A stretch of DNA of 64,000 nucleotides from Octopus sinensis (Eukaryota), in the NCBI RefSeq assembly GCF_006345805.1, contig NW_021837034.1, positions 1 to 64,000 of the forward strand, in the 5' to 3' direction. Below are positions 63,137 to 64,000 of the stretch, in pieces. Each line of letters opens with the position of its first letter. Position 1 is the first letter of the stretch. Position numbers and translations under genes: made by a program. The notes below the pieces were generated by a model. It saw only the letters and a list, made by a program, of their open reading frames with translations. It ran no database searches and was not told where the DNA came from.

Positions 63137-63900
63137 ACGACCTTCGAGCATTAGGCTTCACCAAGGAAATGACCAGTGATCGAGACTTTTGGAAATATGC
63201 TGTGCTTGAGAAGACCCAGCAAGCCAAATGACACCATAACCTGTGGCCTATGCCAGGAGCGTAACCAGCCCACTTATGCATACCTTTTCCTTCTTTGGTC
63301 ACTAAACTCTGCTTGCGAAGACCTGTTGAGGCAAGTGAAATCACAATCAAAATCAAGTCGATGACTGGCATCCATGCTAGCGGGGTGCAAACAGCACCAT
63401 ATGAGTGTGAATGTTGACAGAGCGGCTAACTGGCTTCCATGCCAGTGGCACATAAAAGGGCACCATTCGAGTGTGATCATTACCAGCGTCGCCTTACTGG
63501 CACTTGTGCATGTGTTAGTAGGTTGCCAAGAGCACCATCCGAGTGTGATCATTGCCAGAGCAGCCAACTGGCTTCCATACCTGAGGCACGTAAAAGGGCA
63601 CCATTCGAGCGTGATCGTTACCAACATCGCTTCACTGGCACCTGTGCCAGTGGCACGTGTAAAAAGATTTGAGCTAGGTCATTGCCAGTACCACCTGACT
63701 GGCTCCTGTGCTGGAGGCACGTAAAAAGCACCCACTACACTCTCGGAGTGGTTGGCGTTAGGAAGGGCATCCAGCTGTAGAAACTCTGCCAAATCAAGAT
63801 TGGAACCTGCTGCAGCCATCTGGTTTGCCAGCCCTCAGTCAAAATCGTCCAACCCATGCTAGCATGGAAAGCGGACACTAAACGATGATGACGATGATGA
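63136..63900 (+). mobile_element. 5'-truncated RTE-clade LINE (ORF C-terminus + 3' UTR + (GAT)n tail), family D
   Basis: HDLRALGFTKEMTSDRDFWKYAVLEKTQQAK* is a typical RTE C-terminus. The 3' UTR has internal ~60-bp tandem repeats and ends CCAACCCATGCTAGCATGGAAAGCGGACACTAAACGATGATGACGATGATGA. Confidence 0.88.
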
Positions 63901-64000
63901 TATATATATATATATGTATGTATATATATTTTGTAATCACTTAGCGAATTCAATGCCGAGGCGTTGTTAAGCCGTTATTAAGAATAAAGGCTACAGCACA

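Noticed and set aside
63580-63730. TACGTGC hypoxia-response-like motifs in the RTE 3' UTR repeats
   Set aside because: A short motif inside a high-copy repeat, with no evidence of function.

Overview
AT-rich, repeat-saturated animal genomic DNA. From the repeat families and the microsatellite density I infer an octopod cephalopod (Octopus-like); this is recognition, not a database result. Only one protein-coding gene is firmly supported: an intronless-CDS SF3B5 (36098-36355, +). Almost every other ORF in the supplied track is an artefact of (TA)n/(CA)n/(CATA)n/triplet microsatellites or of SINEs. The rest of the window consists of at least four tRNA-derived SINE families (labelled A, B, C, E here), 5'-truncated RTE LINE 3' ends (D), a decayed LINE endonuclease fragment, a decayed mariner transposase, mariner- and piggyBac-type MITEs, several foldback elements and local tandem duplications. 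Three observations stand out. (1) There are four Penelope-type minimal hammerhead ribozyme motifs, one with an intact core (57119-57164, -). (2) One of these sits in an element that seems to join a tRNA-like Pol III head, an (AAT)n spacer and a hammerhead tail (57270-57550), and it faces an inverted sister copy. (3) An ~880-bp satellite with a ~276-bp higher-order period has grown out of the 'KIC[AV]K|FVP' codons inside the mariner transposase. Repeat coordinates were read by eye and are approximate (about +/-10-20 bp) unless a motif is quoted.
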